A stretch of DNA of 64,000 nucleotides from Macrostomum hystrix (taxonomy: Eukaryota; Animalia; Platyhelminthes). Positions 23,558 to 36,339 of this stretch are shown here, in pieces. The notes below the pieces were generated by a model. The model worked only from the letters and a program-made list of their open reading frames with translations, did not search any database and was not told the DNA's origin. The stretch lies in assembly GCA_950097015.1 (NCBI GenBank), contig CATNEN010000010.1:2480001-2544000 (forward strand), in the 5' to 3' direction. Each line of letters begins with the position of its first letter. Within the stretch, counting starts at the first letter, position 1. The position numbers were made by a program, and so were the translations under genes.

Positions 23558-26127
23558 ATGCGGCCACAACCCCTGCTGCTGCTGCTAGCTTTGACAGCTC
23601 GCCTCTGCTGTGAGTTCGTTGTGGCTATATATTTGTGAAGTTTTAACACTGAAAATCCTTTGCAGTTATTCTAGGAATCTGGGGGACTCATAGCACTCAT
23701 GCGTGGGCAAAAACTTTTTAAATGTGACTCGTGCTGCAATTCTACACACGACCTTTGTGCGATTCTATACGTGTATTGTGTTGTAATTTCAGGACGGCTG
23801 TGGGCAATGGCACATCATTGGGTGACAGCCAGCGAGGAGGCAATTCTGCCCATTTCGCTGACTCCTGAGCACACGCACATAAATACTGCATGTAGGCATA
23901 CGCTCACACAGGTGTGTACATCTGCCCTGACTTTCTCATCGTCAGGTAGTGTACACTCACTGTCCCCTTGGAGGTTGGCCCTCATAGGCGTAAATTGCAT
24001 GACAAGCCCCCAAGCCTTCTCTCCGAGGCTGCGCCCCAAATGAATGAGGCCTCGCCGCGAAATCGATCTTAGGGACCTTGGTGCGCGAGGCAAACGCGAT
24101 AACCGCTGTGCCACCGCCCCCTGACATTTTTGCTTCTAATATGCAATGAAGCAAGGATATCTGCCGGTGCGATTCTGGTAGCAGCTATTTGTCCGTGTAG
24201 TTTATATGCAAATTTATATTATCATATAATCATTCCCAGCTATGACAACTACTCGTATTTTCGAGCCCTCCGACCAACTAAGCGAAAAAACCATTTGCTT
24301 TCTTGTGTTGGACACAGCAATCATAGGTTTTCACTTGTCTCTTGACCGAGGATCGTATTGATCTGAGTCAGTCCTGGTCAGGCTGCCGACCACCCTACTC
24401 TGCTAAGCTGTTTAGCATATGCGATTCCCGGCCATGAGCAGTGTCTCTGGAAATGCTCAGTACCATTCTAAAAGACCTCTGAAACACCTGCAGGTTTTGG
24501 AATTCTAAAACTAGGACCTGTGACAGGTTTGTGTATTACCCTGGCTCCTGGAATCTGAGATCGGCGCTCCATGGATATGAACATTGTCATAGTCATTGTC
24601 ATGAACAGTGTGCGCCAGGAAACACAGGAAATTGTTTGGCTTCTCAAACGATCGACTTTATTGCTTCATTTAGTCGCCAAAAGTGCAATGCGGGGCTCTA
24701 GTTTGGGCAGCTCTGGCCAGAAGTTCCGCATCTCATTAGCATTGCCTGGAAGCGAGTCACAGGCGGTGAGGCCGCTGGCCACGGCTTGATATGAGGAGGC
24801 GGCAGTTTGAAAAGCGACTAAAAGCAGCTCATAAACAAACTAAATCGGCGGCTTTAGCAGCGGCGTTTTCTACTCACGGGAGGCTCTGAACTCACGGCTG
24901 CCGCGCCCCTTCTCTCCGCACCCACCCCATCCTCAATGCCCAGCATCCCCACCGTGCTGCAGCATTAATTCCATTTCAGCCCCTATAGCAGGCTCTGACG
25001 AGCTATTGGAGGGTGGGAAGAGGGGTGTGGGATGTTTGCTCCCTCTGCCCGCAACATTTCAGGAGCCCTCACCCCCGCCTACACCTCCAGGCGGCCAGAC
25101 CACCGATGGTCTGGAGTGCTTCAAGTGCAGCAGCTCGCGCGATCTCAGCCTGTGCCTGTCGCGCACGGAGACCTGCAGCACCTCCTCCTCTTGCTTCAAG
25201 GCTGAAACAACCGGCTCAGCGGCCGGAGTGGTGGAAAAATACTCTATGGTTCGTTGCTGCATCAGCTGATCCAACTCCTGACTTAGAGTACCTACCTATC
25301 CCATATTTGTTACTAAAGTGTAGAAAACAATAGTTTGTACAAATATAACAAAACTTGTACAAATGCAAGCATTTTAAAAAATCACAACAATTATCCACAC
25401 TGCATAATAATTTAGTGCACCGCATTCACTAATAAGGATTATTCTAGACTCTACTGCACCTACCTCACTACTGCACCCACCTCACTACTGCACCGCCTCA
25501 CTCCTTCACCACCTCACTCCTGCACCCACCTCACTCCTGCACCACCTCACTCCTGCACCCACCTCACTCCTGCACCCGCCTCACTCCTGCACCCGCCTCA
25601 CTCCTGCACCCACCTCACTCCTGCACCGCCTCACTCCTGCACCGCCTCACTCCTGCACCCGCCTCACTCCTACACCCGCCTCACTCCTGCACCCACCTCA
25701 CTCCTGTACCCGCCTCACTCCTGCACCCACCTCACTCTTGCACCACCTCACTCCTGCACCCGCCTCACTCCTGCACCGCCTCACTCCAGAATACCCCTTA
25801 TTTCTGCACCAACCTCGCTTCTGCACCCAGCTTACTAGAGCACCCACCTCACTCCAGAACTCAGCTCGATCATGCACCCACCTCACTCCTGTTTATACTG
25901 GCACACCTAACTTTCACCAGGGTTGCATGGACTCAATTCAGTGCGCACGTCAACCGCAGTCGACCGCACGTGACCTCTGCGACAACGTTGGCCAGACCTG
26001 CTACAGCTGCTGCCGGGACCGCAGCCTCTGCAATCGAGCAGCAACAGTTGGATACGAGACCCTGGCACTCCTGCTGGCAGTCGCTTGCGGTCTGCTGGCG
26101 CGGTGGGCAGCCACGGCTGCGAACTGA
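23558..26127 (+). CDS. Ly6/uPAR three-finger-fold GPI-anchored protein (3 exons)
   Basis: Exons: 23558-23609 (signal MRPQPLLLLLALTARLC, phase 1, GTGAGT), 25091-25248 (LECFKC...C...C...C), 25921-26127 (GC...C...C...CYSCCRDRSLCN plus hydrophobic tail LALLLAVACGLLARW). Phases match. Confidence 0.88.
23841..24120 (+). mobile_element. ~280-bp interspersed repeat family C, copy 1 (Ly6 intron 1)
   Basis: Similar to 31927-32185 (+) and 31208-31395 (-). Contains the hairpin CCTGAC-N9-GTCAGG. Confidence 0.8.
25470..25790. repeat. 16-17-nt minisatellite in Ly6 intron 2
   Basis: Unit (A/G)CCTCACTCCTGCACC(C). Confidence 0.9.
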
Positions 26128-26175
26128 CCAGACCTGCGCAGCCAATGCCTACGGGACAGGGTTGTTCCGGGTGTG

Positions 26176-26310
26176 GGTCATAGCCAGTAAAATAGGTCAT
26201 AGCCAGCAAAATCGGTCATAGCCAGTAAAATCGGTCATAGCCAGTAAAATCGATCATAGCCAGTAAAATCGGTCATAGCCAGTAAAATCGGTCATAATCC
26301 AGTCAAATCG
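26176..26310. repeat. 19-nt tandem repeat, ~7 copies
   Basis: Unit TCGGTCATAGCCAGTAAAA. Confidence 0.9.
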
Positions 26311-26652
26311 GTCGAAATTAACCAGTCAAGTTGATCTCAGTCATTCTAATTGGTCATGCTAGATGGACCTTCTCGAAATTGGAAAGGAACGCAGCCATAG
26401 GCTTGTGGACAATTCTGCTAAATTCGCAATTCAGAAGTTCTGCTGAAACCTGCGAATATCGTACACAATTCCGCTCAGTTAGTATTTCGTGCCTATATTT
26501 CTCTGCGTATTATACAAAACTATTTGTCCTCTTTGTACTTTTAGGTCTATTGATCTGTTCAATCAATCGCGCCTCTTTCCGTTTTTCAGGTGTGTAGCTT
26601 GCACGTTTCATTCAGCACCTCTTTCCATGAGTGCATGACATGACTTTAGCCA

Positions 26653-27073
26653 AACTGACATCCCAGAGTGCAACCCTCCGATCTGACATCCCAGAGTGCA
26701 ACCCTCCAAACTGACATCCCAGAGTGCAACCCTCCAAACTGACATCCCAGAGTGCAACCCTCCAAACTGACATCCCAGAGTGCAACCCTCAAAACTGACA
26801 TCCCAGAGTGCAACCCTCCGATCTGACATCCCAGAGTGCAACCCTCCAATCTGACATCCCAGAGTGCAACCCTCCAAACTGACATCCCAGAGTGCAACCC
26901 TCCGATCTGACATCCCAGAGTGCAACCCTCCGATCTGACATCCCAGAGTGCAACCCTCCAAACTGACATCCCAGAGTGCAACCCTCCAATCTGACATCCC
27001 AGAGTGCAACCCTCCAATCTGACATCCCAGAGTGCAACCCTCCAATCTGACATCCCAGAGTGCAACCCTCCAA
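26653..27073. repeat. 28-nt minisatellite, ~15 copies
   Basis: Unit CTGACATCCCAGAGTGCAACCCTCC(AAA/AAT/GAT). Confidence 0.95.
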
Positions 27074-27824
27074 ATGAATCTTTCCGTATCCGCTTCATTT
27101 TTCACGGCATTCGTGTTTCACATTGATGATTAAAGTACATTCTAGTGAGTCCGGCTCAATCTTAAACGAATGCCAATATAGAATACAGCAGAAACCAAGA
27201 AATTAAAATAAATGTAGCCTTTTCTTTGCATTTTTATTGTAATTGTATTTATATTATCCGGCGCACAGAGAGCAATGCACAAATTGAATACCTGAGCCAT
27301 AGAATCAATGGAATGCAGTTGATGTTCGAGTGCTCGCATTCTTAAGCTCTCCCTCTAAAGTCCTGAGCAGGAAGGCGGCAATTATTCATCCTGAGTGCAT
27401 CAGCTGCATAAGCTTAGCTTGGCCTGAGCACTGTGTTCACAAACACTCGTGATGGCTGTGCATTTTATTCCGCTGCTAATGCCGTTCTATCTGTGCCTCT
27501 AGAATGAGTCTGTGTGATTAAGTAGAATGCCCATTGTACAGAGCGCTCCCGGCATCAGCATAATCAACTCTAAGAGAATGAATGAGTAGCTAACTTGAAC
27601 TCGGCGCCCTCACCCTTAACTGCTCATTCACTGGAATGGAGCTGAGCTATAGTGCGGGACTGAACAAGATTGTGTCAATATGAGAACCAGACAGCAGGCT
27701 GTGCTAATTAGTTCTGTGTGCAACCAACAGAATAAGACATGAGTTTGGGGGTGATGAAAGTCAGTAAGGAATACCTGTGAACAGCCAGCTTTGTTGAGCT
27801 GGGTGCGATTGAGCAAAGAATTGG

Positions 27825-28385
27825 GTAAATGAGCAGAGAACTGAGCAGTTATTGAGTAAATGAGCAGAGAACTGAGCAGTTGTTGAGTAAATGAGCAGAG
27901 AACTGAGCAGTTATTGAGTAAATGAGCAGAGAACTGAGCAGTTATTGATTAAATGAGCTGAGAATGGAGCAGTTATTGAGTAAATGAGCAGAGAATTGAG
28001 CAGTTATTGAGTAAATGAGCAGAGAACTGAGCAGTTATTGATTAAATGAGCTGAGAATGGAGCAGTTATTGAGTAAATGAGCAGATAATTGAGCAGTTAT
28101 TGAGTAAATGAGCAGAGAATTGAGCAGTTTTTAGTAAATGAGCAGAGAATTGAGCAGTTTTTAGTAAATGAGCAGAGAATTGAGCAGTTTTTTAGTAAAT
28201 GAGCAGAGAATTGAGCAGTTATTGAGTAAATGAGCAGAGAATTGAGCAGTTTTTTAGTAAATGAGCAGAGAATTGAGCAGTTATTGAGTAAATGAGCAGA
28301 GAATTGAGCAGTAATTGAGTAAATGATCAGAGAATTGAGCAGTAATTGAGAAAGTGAGCAGAGAATTGAGCAGTTATTGAGTAAA
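27825..28385. repeat. ~31-nt minisatellite, ~18 copies
   Basis: Unit GAGTAAATGAGCAGAGAATTGAGCAGTTATT. Confidence 0.95.
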
Positions 28386-28997
28386 TATATCAGAGTAAAG
28401 AGGTCAGCCAGAGTGACACCTGTAGAGTAGCTTTCGTGACTATATTCAAACGCATGCTGAGTCAGTACGGGGTGAATGGCAGTGCCTGTATTCTCGTACA
28501 GGAAGTAAAGACAGGAGGCGGCTGTGAGACAATGGGCAAAGCGGAGAACTGGTCTGGGAAAGGCTTGGGCTGCGAACGCCAGAGGAGAAAACTCAACGAA
28601 GTGAAGAGCGTGAATGCTGCGTACATTTTTGTCTGCAAAACGAATAGTTGCTTCTCTGAGTAGACTGCAGCGATGCGCCGATTGCAGCTACTGTAAGTAG
28701 TGCGCTGAGCTCCGCTACTTCAGGCTTTTTTTCTAAATTCCCTGAAGTCTGCAATCCAGACTAGACTCATCTCTCATCTCTCCCTGTCTCAAGTCTCAAG
28801 TCTTATCTCTTAATGTCTCATCTCTCTTATGTCTCATCTTTCCCATGTCTCATTTCTCCCTGTCTCATCACTCTCGGGTCTTATCTCTATTTTTCACTTC
28901 TGCCACTTAACAACAGCTCGTGACAGAGCTCATTGCTGCTATTCTAGCTTTGAAACTCAAGGTCAAGTTCATGCTGACTCACAGAGCTCATTGCTCA

Positions 28998-30604
28998 CAC
29001 ACACACTCACACATACACTCACACATACACTCACACACAAAAACACACACTCACACACACACTCACACACAAACACACACACTCACACACACACTCACAC
29101 ACACACACACTCACACACACACTCACACACACTCACACACAGACACTCACACACACTCACACACACACTCACACACACTCACACTCACACACACTCACAC
29201 ACACGCTCACACACACTCACACACACACTCACACACACACTCACACATTCACACACACTCACACACACACTCACACACACACTCACACACACACTCACAC
29301 ACACACTCACACACACTCACACACACACTCACACACACTCACACACACTCACACACACACTCACACACACACTCACACACACACACACTCACACACACAC
29401 TCACACACACTCACACACAGACACTCACACACACACACACACACTCACACACACTCACACTCACACACACTCACACACACTCACACACACACTCACACAC
29501 ACACTCACACACACACACACTCACACACTCACACACACTCACACACACACTCACACACACACTCACACACACACTCACACACACTCACACACACTCACAC
29601 ACACACACAAACACTCACACACACACTCACACACACTCACACACACACACAAACACTCACACACACACTCACACACTCACACACACACTCACACACACAC
29701 ACACACTCACACTCACACACAGACACTCACACACACTCACACACACGCTCACACACACTCACACACACACTCACACACACACACACTCACACACACACTC
29801 ACACTCACACACACACTCACACACACACTCACACACACACTCACACACACTCACACTCACACACACTCACACACACGCTCACACACACTCACACACACAC
29901 TCACACACACACACACTCACACACACACTCACACACACACACACGCTCACACACACTCACACACACACTCACACACACACACACTCACACACTCACACAC
30001 ACTCACACACACACTCACACACACACTCACACACACACTCACACACACACTCACACACACTCACACACACACTCACACACACTCACACACACTCACACAC
30101 ACACTCACACACACACTCACACACACACACACTCACACACACACTCACACACACACACACGCTCACACACACTCACACACACACTCACACACACACACAC
30201 TCACACACTCACACACACTCACACACACACTCACACACACACTCACACACACACTCACACACACACACACTCACACACACACTCACACACACGCTCACAC
30301 ACACACTCACACACAAACACACACACTCACACACACACTCACACACACGCTCACACACACACTCACACACAAACACACACACTCACACACACACACACAG
30401 ACACTCACACACACTCACACACACACTCACACACACTCACACACACACTCACACACACAAACACACACACTCACACACACACTCACACACACTCACACAC
30501 ACTCACACACACACTCACACACACTCACACACACACTCACACACACAAACACACACACTCACACACACACTCACACACACTCACACACACTCACTCACTC
30601 ACAC
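28998..30604. repeat. 1.6-kb compound (CA)n/(CACT) microsatellite
   Basis: Continuous CACACACT-type repeats; source of the 655-aa and 587-aa His/Thr ORFs. Confidence 0.98.
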
Positions 30605-30954
30605 ATTTCTATCACGCAAGAGTCTACAATATCCTATTTTAATTTTCAATCAAGCAGTCTGTTCCCTGCAACACCAGGCATAACTTACAAAGAACCAATG
30701 TCTCCTCAGCAGCAGAGAACCAATATCCATAATGCACCAATGTCTCCTCAGCATGCTTCTGGTTCGTTCCTAATTTTAACCATAGACAAATGCTGAGCAT
30801 TTCAGTCTCATTCTTTTGCTTATGCCGAATTCAGTTTATCAACTTTGTATTTGTTCTTGACCAGAGAATAAGTTGTATTAATCCAAAGTTTATTCGATGA
30901 TCAAAGCAAGATCATTAATCTAGATTTGAATAAGGAACTCATTATTTTGTGTCA

Positions 30955-32597
30955 ATGAGTTCAGCAAGTAAGAGCCAGTTTGTCATCTGCATTGCCATGA
31001 TGTTGGCCACACTGGTACTGATGCCGAAATGTGAGTCGATTGTGATAATTAGTCTACTTATTTGATGCCATTCTAATATGATTTCATTTCTTTAATAATT
31101 TAATAGGTTGGTTAATTTTCAGATTCAACTGCCGCGCCTGACTCAAATGGATTTAAAGGGTAAACGATTCGTCGTGTTTCTAAATTTAAAAAATTATATA
31201 TTTCTATAACGCGTTTGCCTCTCGCTCCGCGGTCCCTGAGCTCGATTCCGTGGCGAGGCCACATTGGGCTTGAGGGCCAACCTCCAAGGCACATTGAGAG
31301 TGTACACTGCCTGACGATGAGAATGTCAGGGCAGATGTACACACCTGTGTGAGGGAGTGCCTGCGTACAGTGTCTGTGTGCGTGTGTGCTCAGGACCTGC
31401 AATTAATAAGGGTATTATTATTATTATTAGTCATAACAAATCATTTTTAGAGGCCTCAGCGGAAACTCAAAGGCGCGACTAGTTCAAATGGACGCTGTCT
31501 CTATCGACAAAAAAATCGAGCACTTGATCAAGACATCGTCAGGCTCAGACATCAGGCCTGAAGTCAAAAAGGATGAGGTCACAATCTGCACGGGTATCCG
31601 AACAATGACAATCAATGGCGCGTATGAAAGGTTCAATTGTTCAGAGCCTGAGGAAAAGCGAAAGCGAGCAGCCACCTACTCTGAGCTGGTGTCAAAGATG
31701 AACAGCAGGTCATACTGCTGTGGTAGACGGCCAAACCAATACTGCTGCTCCGTGCTGGAGTTCTACGCATTCACTATTACAAGTATTATCGGCTTAAGCG
31801 CAGGCTTTTGCGCTATTTTGATTGGCCTAGGAATTTCCTGCATATTCAAAAACAGAAAATTCGCCACTGGTCAAAACGGAAGTGCGCAGGTAGGCATTTA
31901 ATCATTTGATGCGAACAACTTGTTCGCAATTCTGCCCATTTAGCTGAATCCTGAGCACACACGCACACAGATACTGTACGATAGCACTCGCGCAAACAGG
32001 TGTGTACATTTGCCCTGACTTTCTCATCGTCAGGCAGTGTGAATTCTCACTGTGCCTTGGAGGTTGGCTCTCAAGGGCGTAAATTGCACGACAAGCCTCC
32101 AAGCCTTCTCCCCGTGGCTGCGGAATCGAGCTCAGGGACCCTGGCCCGAGAGGCAAACGCGTTAACTGCTCTGCCACTCACCCCGCTGCTCATCCTCAAG
32201 GCTACAACCCGCTGTCCAATGTTTATGTTTGGCTCCAATTTGAAGCCAAACTCCATACTGTATTGAATGTCTCCACCACTTCCTTGTCAAGCCAATGCAG
32301 CCAATGCAGCCAATGCAGCCAATGCAGCCAATGCAGCCAATGCAGCCAATGCAGCCAATGCAGCCAATGCAGCCAGGATTCGGAGCACAAAAAGGATTTT
32401 TCGGCGGTTTTCAACCTCCGATGGGTCCACCAGGGCCGCCGGTTCCACCACCGATGCCGTATCCGTCGCCGATGCCGTATCCGTCGCCGATGCCGTATAC
32501 GTCGCCGATGCATTCTCCTCAGCAGCAGCTGTACCCTCCGCCATCAGCTAACCCTCCCATCTACCCCACGGACAAACTCTCCCCTGACAAGCAATAG
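30955..32597 (+). CDS. Shisa-like (WBP1/VOPP1/CYYR1-class, six-Cys) type I membrane protein, 4 exons
   Basis: Exons: 30955-31030 (signal-like FVICIAMMLATLVLM), 31123-31159, 31451-31889 (C..FNC..YCCG..QYCC, then TM FTITSIIGLSAGFCAILIGLGISCIF), 32292-32597 ((PMQ)n, PMPY and PPIY Pro-rich tail). All splice phases match. Confidence 0.8.
31208..31395 (-). mobile_element. Repeat family C, copy 2 (inverted; Shisa-like intron 2)
   Basis: The reverse complement matches 31949-32160 and 23860-24100. Confidence 0.8.
31927..32185 (+). mobile_element. Repeat family C, copy 3 (Shisa-like intron 3)
   Basis: Direct similarity to 23841-24120. Confidence 0.8.
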
Positions 32598-32949
32598 TCG
32601 ACCAATGCTGAATAACAATAACGACAAGAAAATCAATGCGTACAAAACAATTATTTATTTTTGTAGTGACTGTAATTCCATTTATCATTATATATTTTTC
32701 ATTTAGCAAGTGGCATTTATTACATAAAACTCGCGTTTTGGCCCAATCAACAACAACCATATCTATTTCAGCGTATATTACGAGCGTAATTGTTAGTAAA
32801 AACACTCATCTCTCCATCACTTAATATTCACTGAAGCTCACTGATTACTGTATCTGACTCAATTCGACCATAAAAATATAAATAGTAACAAGAATATATT
32901 TCGTGAAATTTAATTTCAGGTCAAAGCAGCAACTTATTGCACTGAATTA

Positions 32950-33335
32950 TCATGAGACTGTGTGATTGAGTATGAGACTGTGTGATTGAGTATGAGACTG
33001 TGTGATTGAGTGTGAGACTGTGTGATTGAGTGTGAGACTGTGTGATTGAGTGTGAGACTGTGTGATTGAGTGTGAGACTGTGTGATTGAGTGTGAGACTG
33101 TGTGATTGTGTGTGAGACTGTGTGATTGAGTGTGAGACTGTGTGATTGAGTGTGAGACTGTGTGATTGAGTGTGAGACTGTGTGATTGAGTGTGAGACTG
33201 TGTGATTGAGTGTGAGACTGTGTGATTGAGTGTGAGACTGTGTGATTGAGTGTGAGACTGTGTGATTGAGTGTGAGACTGTGTGATTGAGTATGAGACTG
33301 TGTGATTGAGTGTGAGACTGTGTGATTGAGTGTGT
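32950..33335. repeat. 20-nt minisatellite, ~19 copies
   Basis: Unit GAGACTGTGTGATTGAGT(G/A)T. Confidence 0.95.
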
Positions 33336-33569
33336 TGCTCCAGCGAATTTTGCTTCAACGAATTCTAGAAAGCATCATTTATGAATAATTGATCATCATT
33401 TTCTTTACGCATATTTATCATGAAGCTTATTAGCCAGTCAATATCTATCTCGGTAGTAACTTAATTTTACAGTCACTTTCTAATCATTACGAGAATAAGT
33501 GTATTACGAGATTTATAAAGAATTTTTTCATTTATAATTAGTAGGCCACCAAGCCATCACGAATTACAC

Positions 33570-34040
33570 CGGTAGAACTACAGGACAAGGCTTCTCCGAG
33601 GAGGCTGCGAGTGAGTGTATTGATTTGGTATTGTCTGGTAAAGAGAAGGCAACCAGCGCCGCTAGCCCATGTACAGGAAAGCAGATTGAGATGTACGCCA
33701 CTAATAACCCATTAACTTGTCCTGTTGCTGCCGTGCGCAAGTATATTAGCTTGTTGCCCCTAGTGTGAGTGGTTTGTTTCCGAGACCTCTGCTAAAGTTC
33801 TCCATGGTACAATGGTACAGTGCAACGCAAGTGCTCGGTAAAGACACCCTGATGGCACGACATGATGGCACGGATTTCTACAAGAGCGAATCTATCACGG
33901 ACCTACAGCAATCATTGTATCCGTGCTACGGTTGTCACGGCATAGCAAACAAGGGCATTTCTGTTGGCAAATTTCAATGTGTTACCGGTCACAAGAGGCC
34001 AGAGTCGGTTCAGAGAAAATCGATGCCGTGTTCTGTTTTT
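33570..34040 (+). pseudogene. Degenerate Crypton-type tyrosine recombinase (DUF3504-like)
   Basis: Across frameshifts: IEMYATNNPLTCPVAAVRKY, LFPRP..QWYSATQVLGKDTL, MMARISTRANLSRTYSNHCIRATVVTA* (NHxxRAT at ~33910), NKGIS...VTGHKRPESV. Contains stops and frameshifts. Confidence 0.75.
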
Positions 34041-34042
34041 CC

Positions 34043-34884
34043 TATAAGACTTAGAAATCTGAAAAGAACTCTAGAGAAAACTTTCGTCTAGAGGTCAAGA
34101 AAAACTTTCGTAAAGCGCTTCAAGTTTTGTTGTCTCTCTCGTGTCGATGTAGTCTACATGTAGTCTAGCGGTGTGTTGCAGTTGTTTTAAGTTGTTTTAA
34201 ATTGCTAACTTAATAGAGCTCAGAGATGACTCTCTAACTAACATCAGCGACGGTCTATTTTCCCGCGCTCCGCTTCGATTTATATATTGATTCAAAATCC
34301 CTCCCTTGGGGAGGTGGTAAAACTTTATCAACAGAGCGCTTAGTGATAATGAGTCGAGTGGGGTCGCAGCCCCGAGTCCAATTCAGCACAAAACATTAGA
34401 CTACTTGGTTGGCAGGCACGCCAACCCCTGTCCTATGGAGGGCGGGTCAAAGGCCTAAACGCGTTGGTTGAGTTAGGCAAAGTTCCCGTTTCTATGGAGT
34501 CCCCTTTATCTAGTGTTTGGTGTCGCCGTCCCTTCGTCAATCAGATCTTCTTGGGCGGTCCCGGTCTTCTCCTCTTCTCCAGATAGGGCCCAGGCCGGCT
34601 CCGATATCGCAGGCAGGACCGGGCCAGGTTGCATCATGCCGTGCCCGGTCGGGTAAGTCCAGGTAGGTCCAGATCGCGTTGGACCGACGTCGGGCAGGAT
34701 CGGGTCAGATTAGGCCGGGCCGTGTCGTGTCGGGCCGTGCCAGATCCAGTTGGGCCGGGCTGTGTTGAGCTGAAATGCAAGTGAAAACTCGGGGCGAGTG
34801 TTTATCTAATCTGTCTATTCTTAGTTGCTTGACCTCTAGGCGAAAGTTTTCTCTCGAGTTCTTTTCTGATTTCTAAGTCTTATA
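34043..34884. mobile_element. ~840-bp non-autonomous TIR element with TA ends
   Basis: ~57-bp inverted repeat TATAAGACTTAGAAATC...CTTTCGTCTAGAGGTCAAG (34043-34099) against 34828-34884; no coding capacity seen. Confidence 0.7.
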
Positions 34885-35269
34885 TTTCCCGTAAGTGAGT
34901 ACCTCTGGACACCACTTGGGCATTGAACTACACAATGTACTATAAAGACGGCGTGGGTTGCACCACAAGACTATACTAAATCGTTACTGCTGTCCTCTTT
35001 GTAATATTGCACTTTTAACGTTTTAAATACAATCGTTTTTGCTCCTACATTACGACGTAGAATACATTTCGTTTTCTCTCGTCTATGACCCAGCCCGACA
35101 GCGGGCAGAGGATGGGCCGTTTCTTAAACAGTCTTGCCCGCAAAATCAATTCACGAATGGAATGCCCTCCGTGCCATCTTGGATCGAATGCCTTGGATCA
35201 CATTTTTTTACCGCCCCCTGTTTAGTGTCAGAATAGAAATTATGACAATAAGAAATTTGAGGAATGGGA

Positions 35270-36320
35270 CAAGCAAAAGACAGTTACGGACTATAACAAA
35301 AGCATAAAGACAGTTACGGACTATAACAAAAGCATAAAGACAGTTACGGACTATAACAAAAGCATAAAGACAGTTACGGACTATAACAAAAGCAAAAGAC
35401 AGTTACGGACTATAACAAAAGCAAAAGACAGTTACGGACTATAACAAAAGCATAAAGACAGTTACGGACTATAACAAAAGCATAAAGACAGTTACGGACT
35501 ATAACAAAAGCAAAAGACAGTTACGGACTATAACAAAAGCATAAAGACAGTTACGGACTATAACAAAAGCAAAAGACAGTTACGGACTATAACAAAAGCA
35601 TAAAGACAGTTACGGACTATAACAAAAGCATAAAGACAGTTACGGACTATAACAAAAGCATAAAGACAGTTACGGACTATAACAAAAGCATAAAGACAGT
35701 TACGGACTATAACAAAAGCAAAAGACAGTTACGGACTATAACAAAAGCAAAAGACAGTTACGGACTATAACAAAAGCATAAAGACAGTTACGGACTATAA
35801 CAAAAGCATAAAGACAGTTACGGACTATAACAAAAGCAAAAGACAGTTACGGACTATAACAAAAGCAAAAGACAGTTACGGACTATAACAAAAGCATAAA
35901 GACAGTTACGGACAATAACAAAAGCATAAAGACAGTTACGGACTATAACAAAAGCAAAAGACAGTTACGGACTATAACAAAAGCATAAAGACAGTTACGG
36001 ACTATAACAAAAGCAAAAGACAGTTACGGACTATAACAAAAGCATAAAGACAGTTACGGACTATAACAAAAGCATAAAGACAGTTACGGACTATAACAAA
36101 AGCATAAAGACAGTTACGGACTATAACAAAAGCAAAAGACAGTTACGGACTATAACAAAAGCAAGAGACAGTTACGGACTATAACAAAAGCATAAAGACA
36201 GTTACGGACTATAACAAAAGCATAAAGACAGTTACGGACTATAACAAAAGCATAAAGACAGTTACGGACTATAACAAAAGCATAAAGACAGTTACGGACT
36301 ATAACAAAAGCATAAAGACA
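35270..36320. repeat. 29/30-nt minisatellite, ~35 copies
   Basis: Unit GACAGTTACGGACTATAACAAAAGCA(T)AAA. Confidence 0.97.
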
Positions 36321-36339
36321 GAGCAACCGAGTTACGACT

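Noticed and set aside
28829-30796. 655-aa and 587-aa His/Thr-rich ORFs
   Set aside because: Translation of a (CA)n microsatellite
31305-31352. CUGACGA..GAAA hammerhead-like core in repeat family C
   Set aside because: Only 3 nt separate CUGANGA from GAAA/GAAU, so no stem II can form; the segment forms a plain CCTGAC/GTCAGG hairpin
35270-36320. 30-nt repeats of CRISPR-like length
   Set aside because: No spacers; a simple tandem satellite
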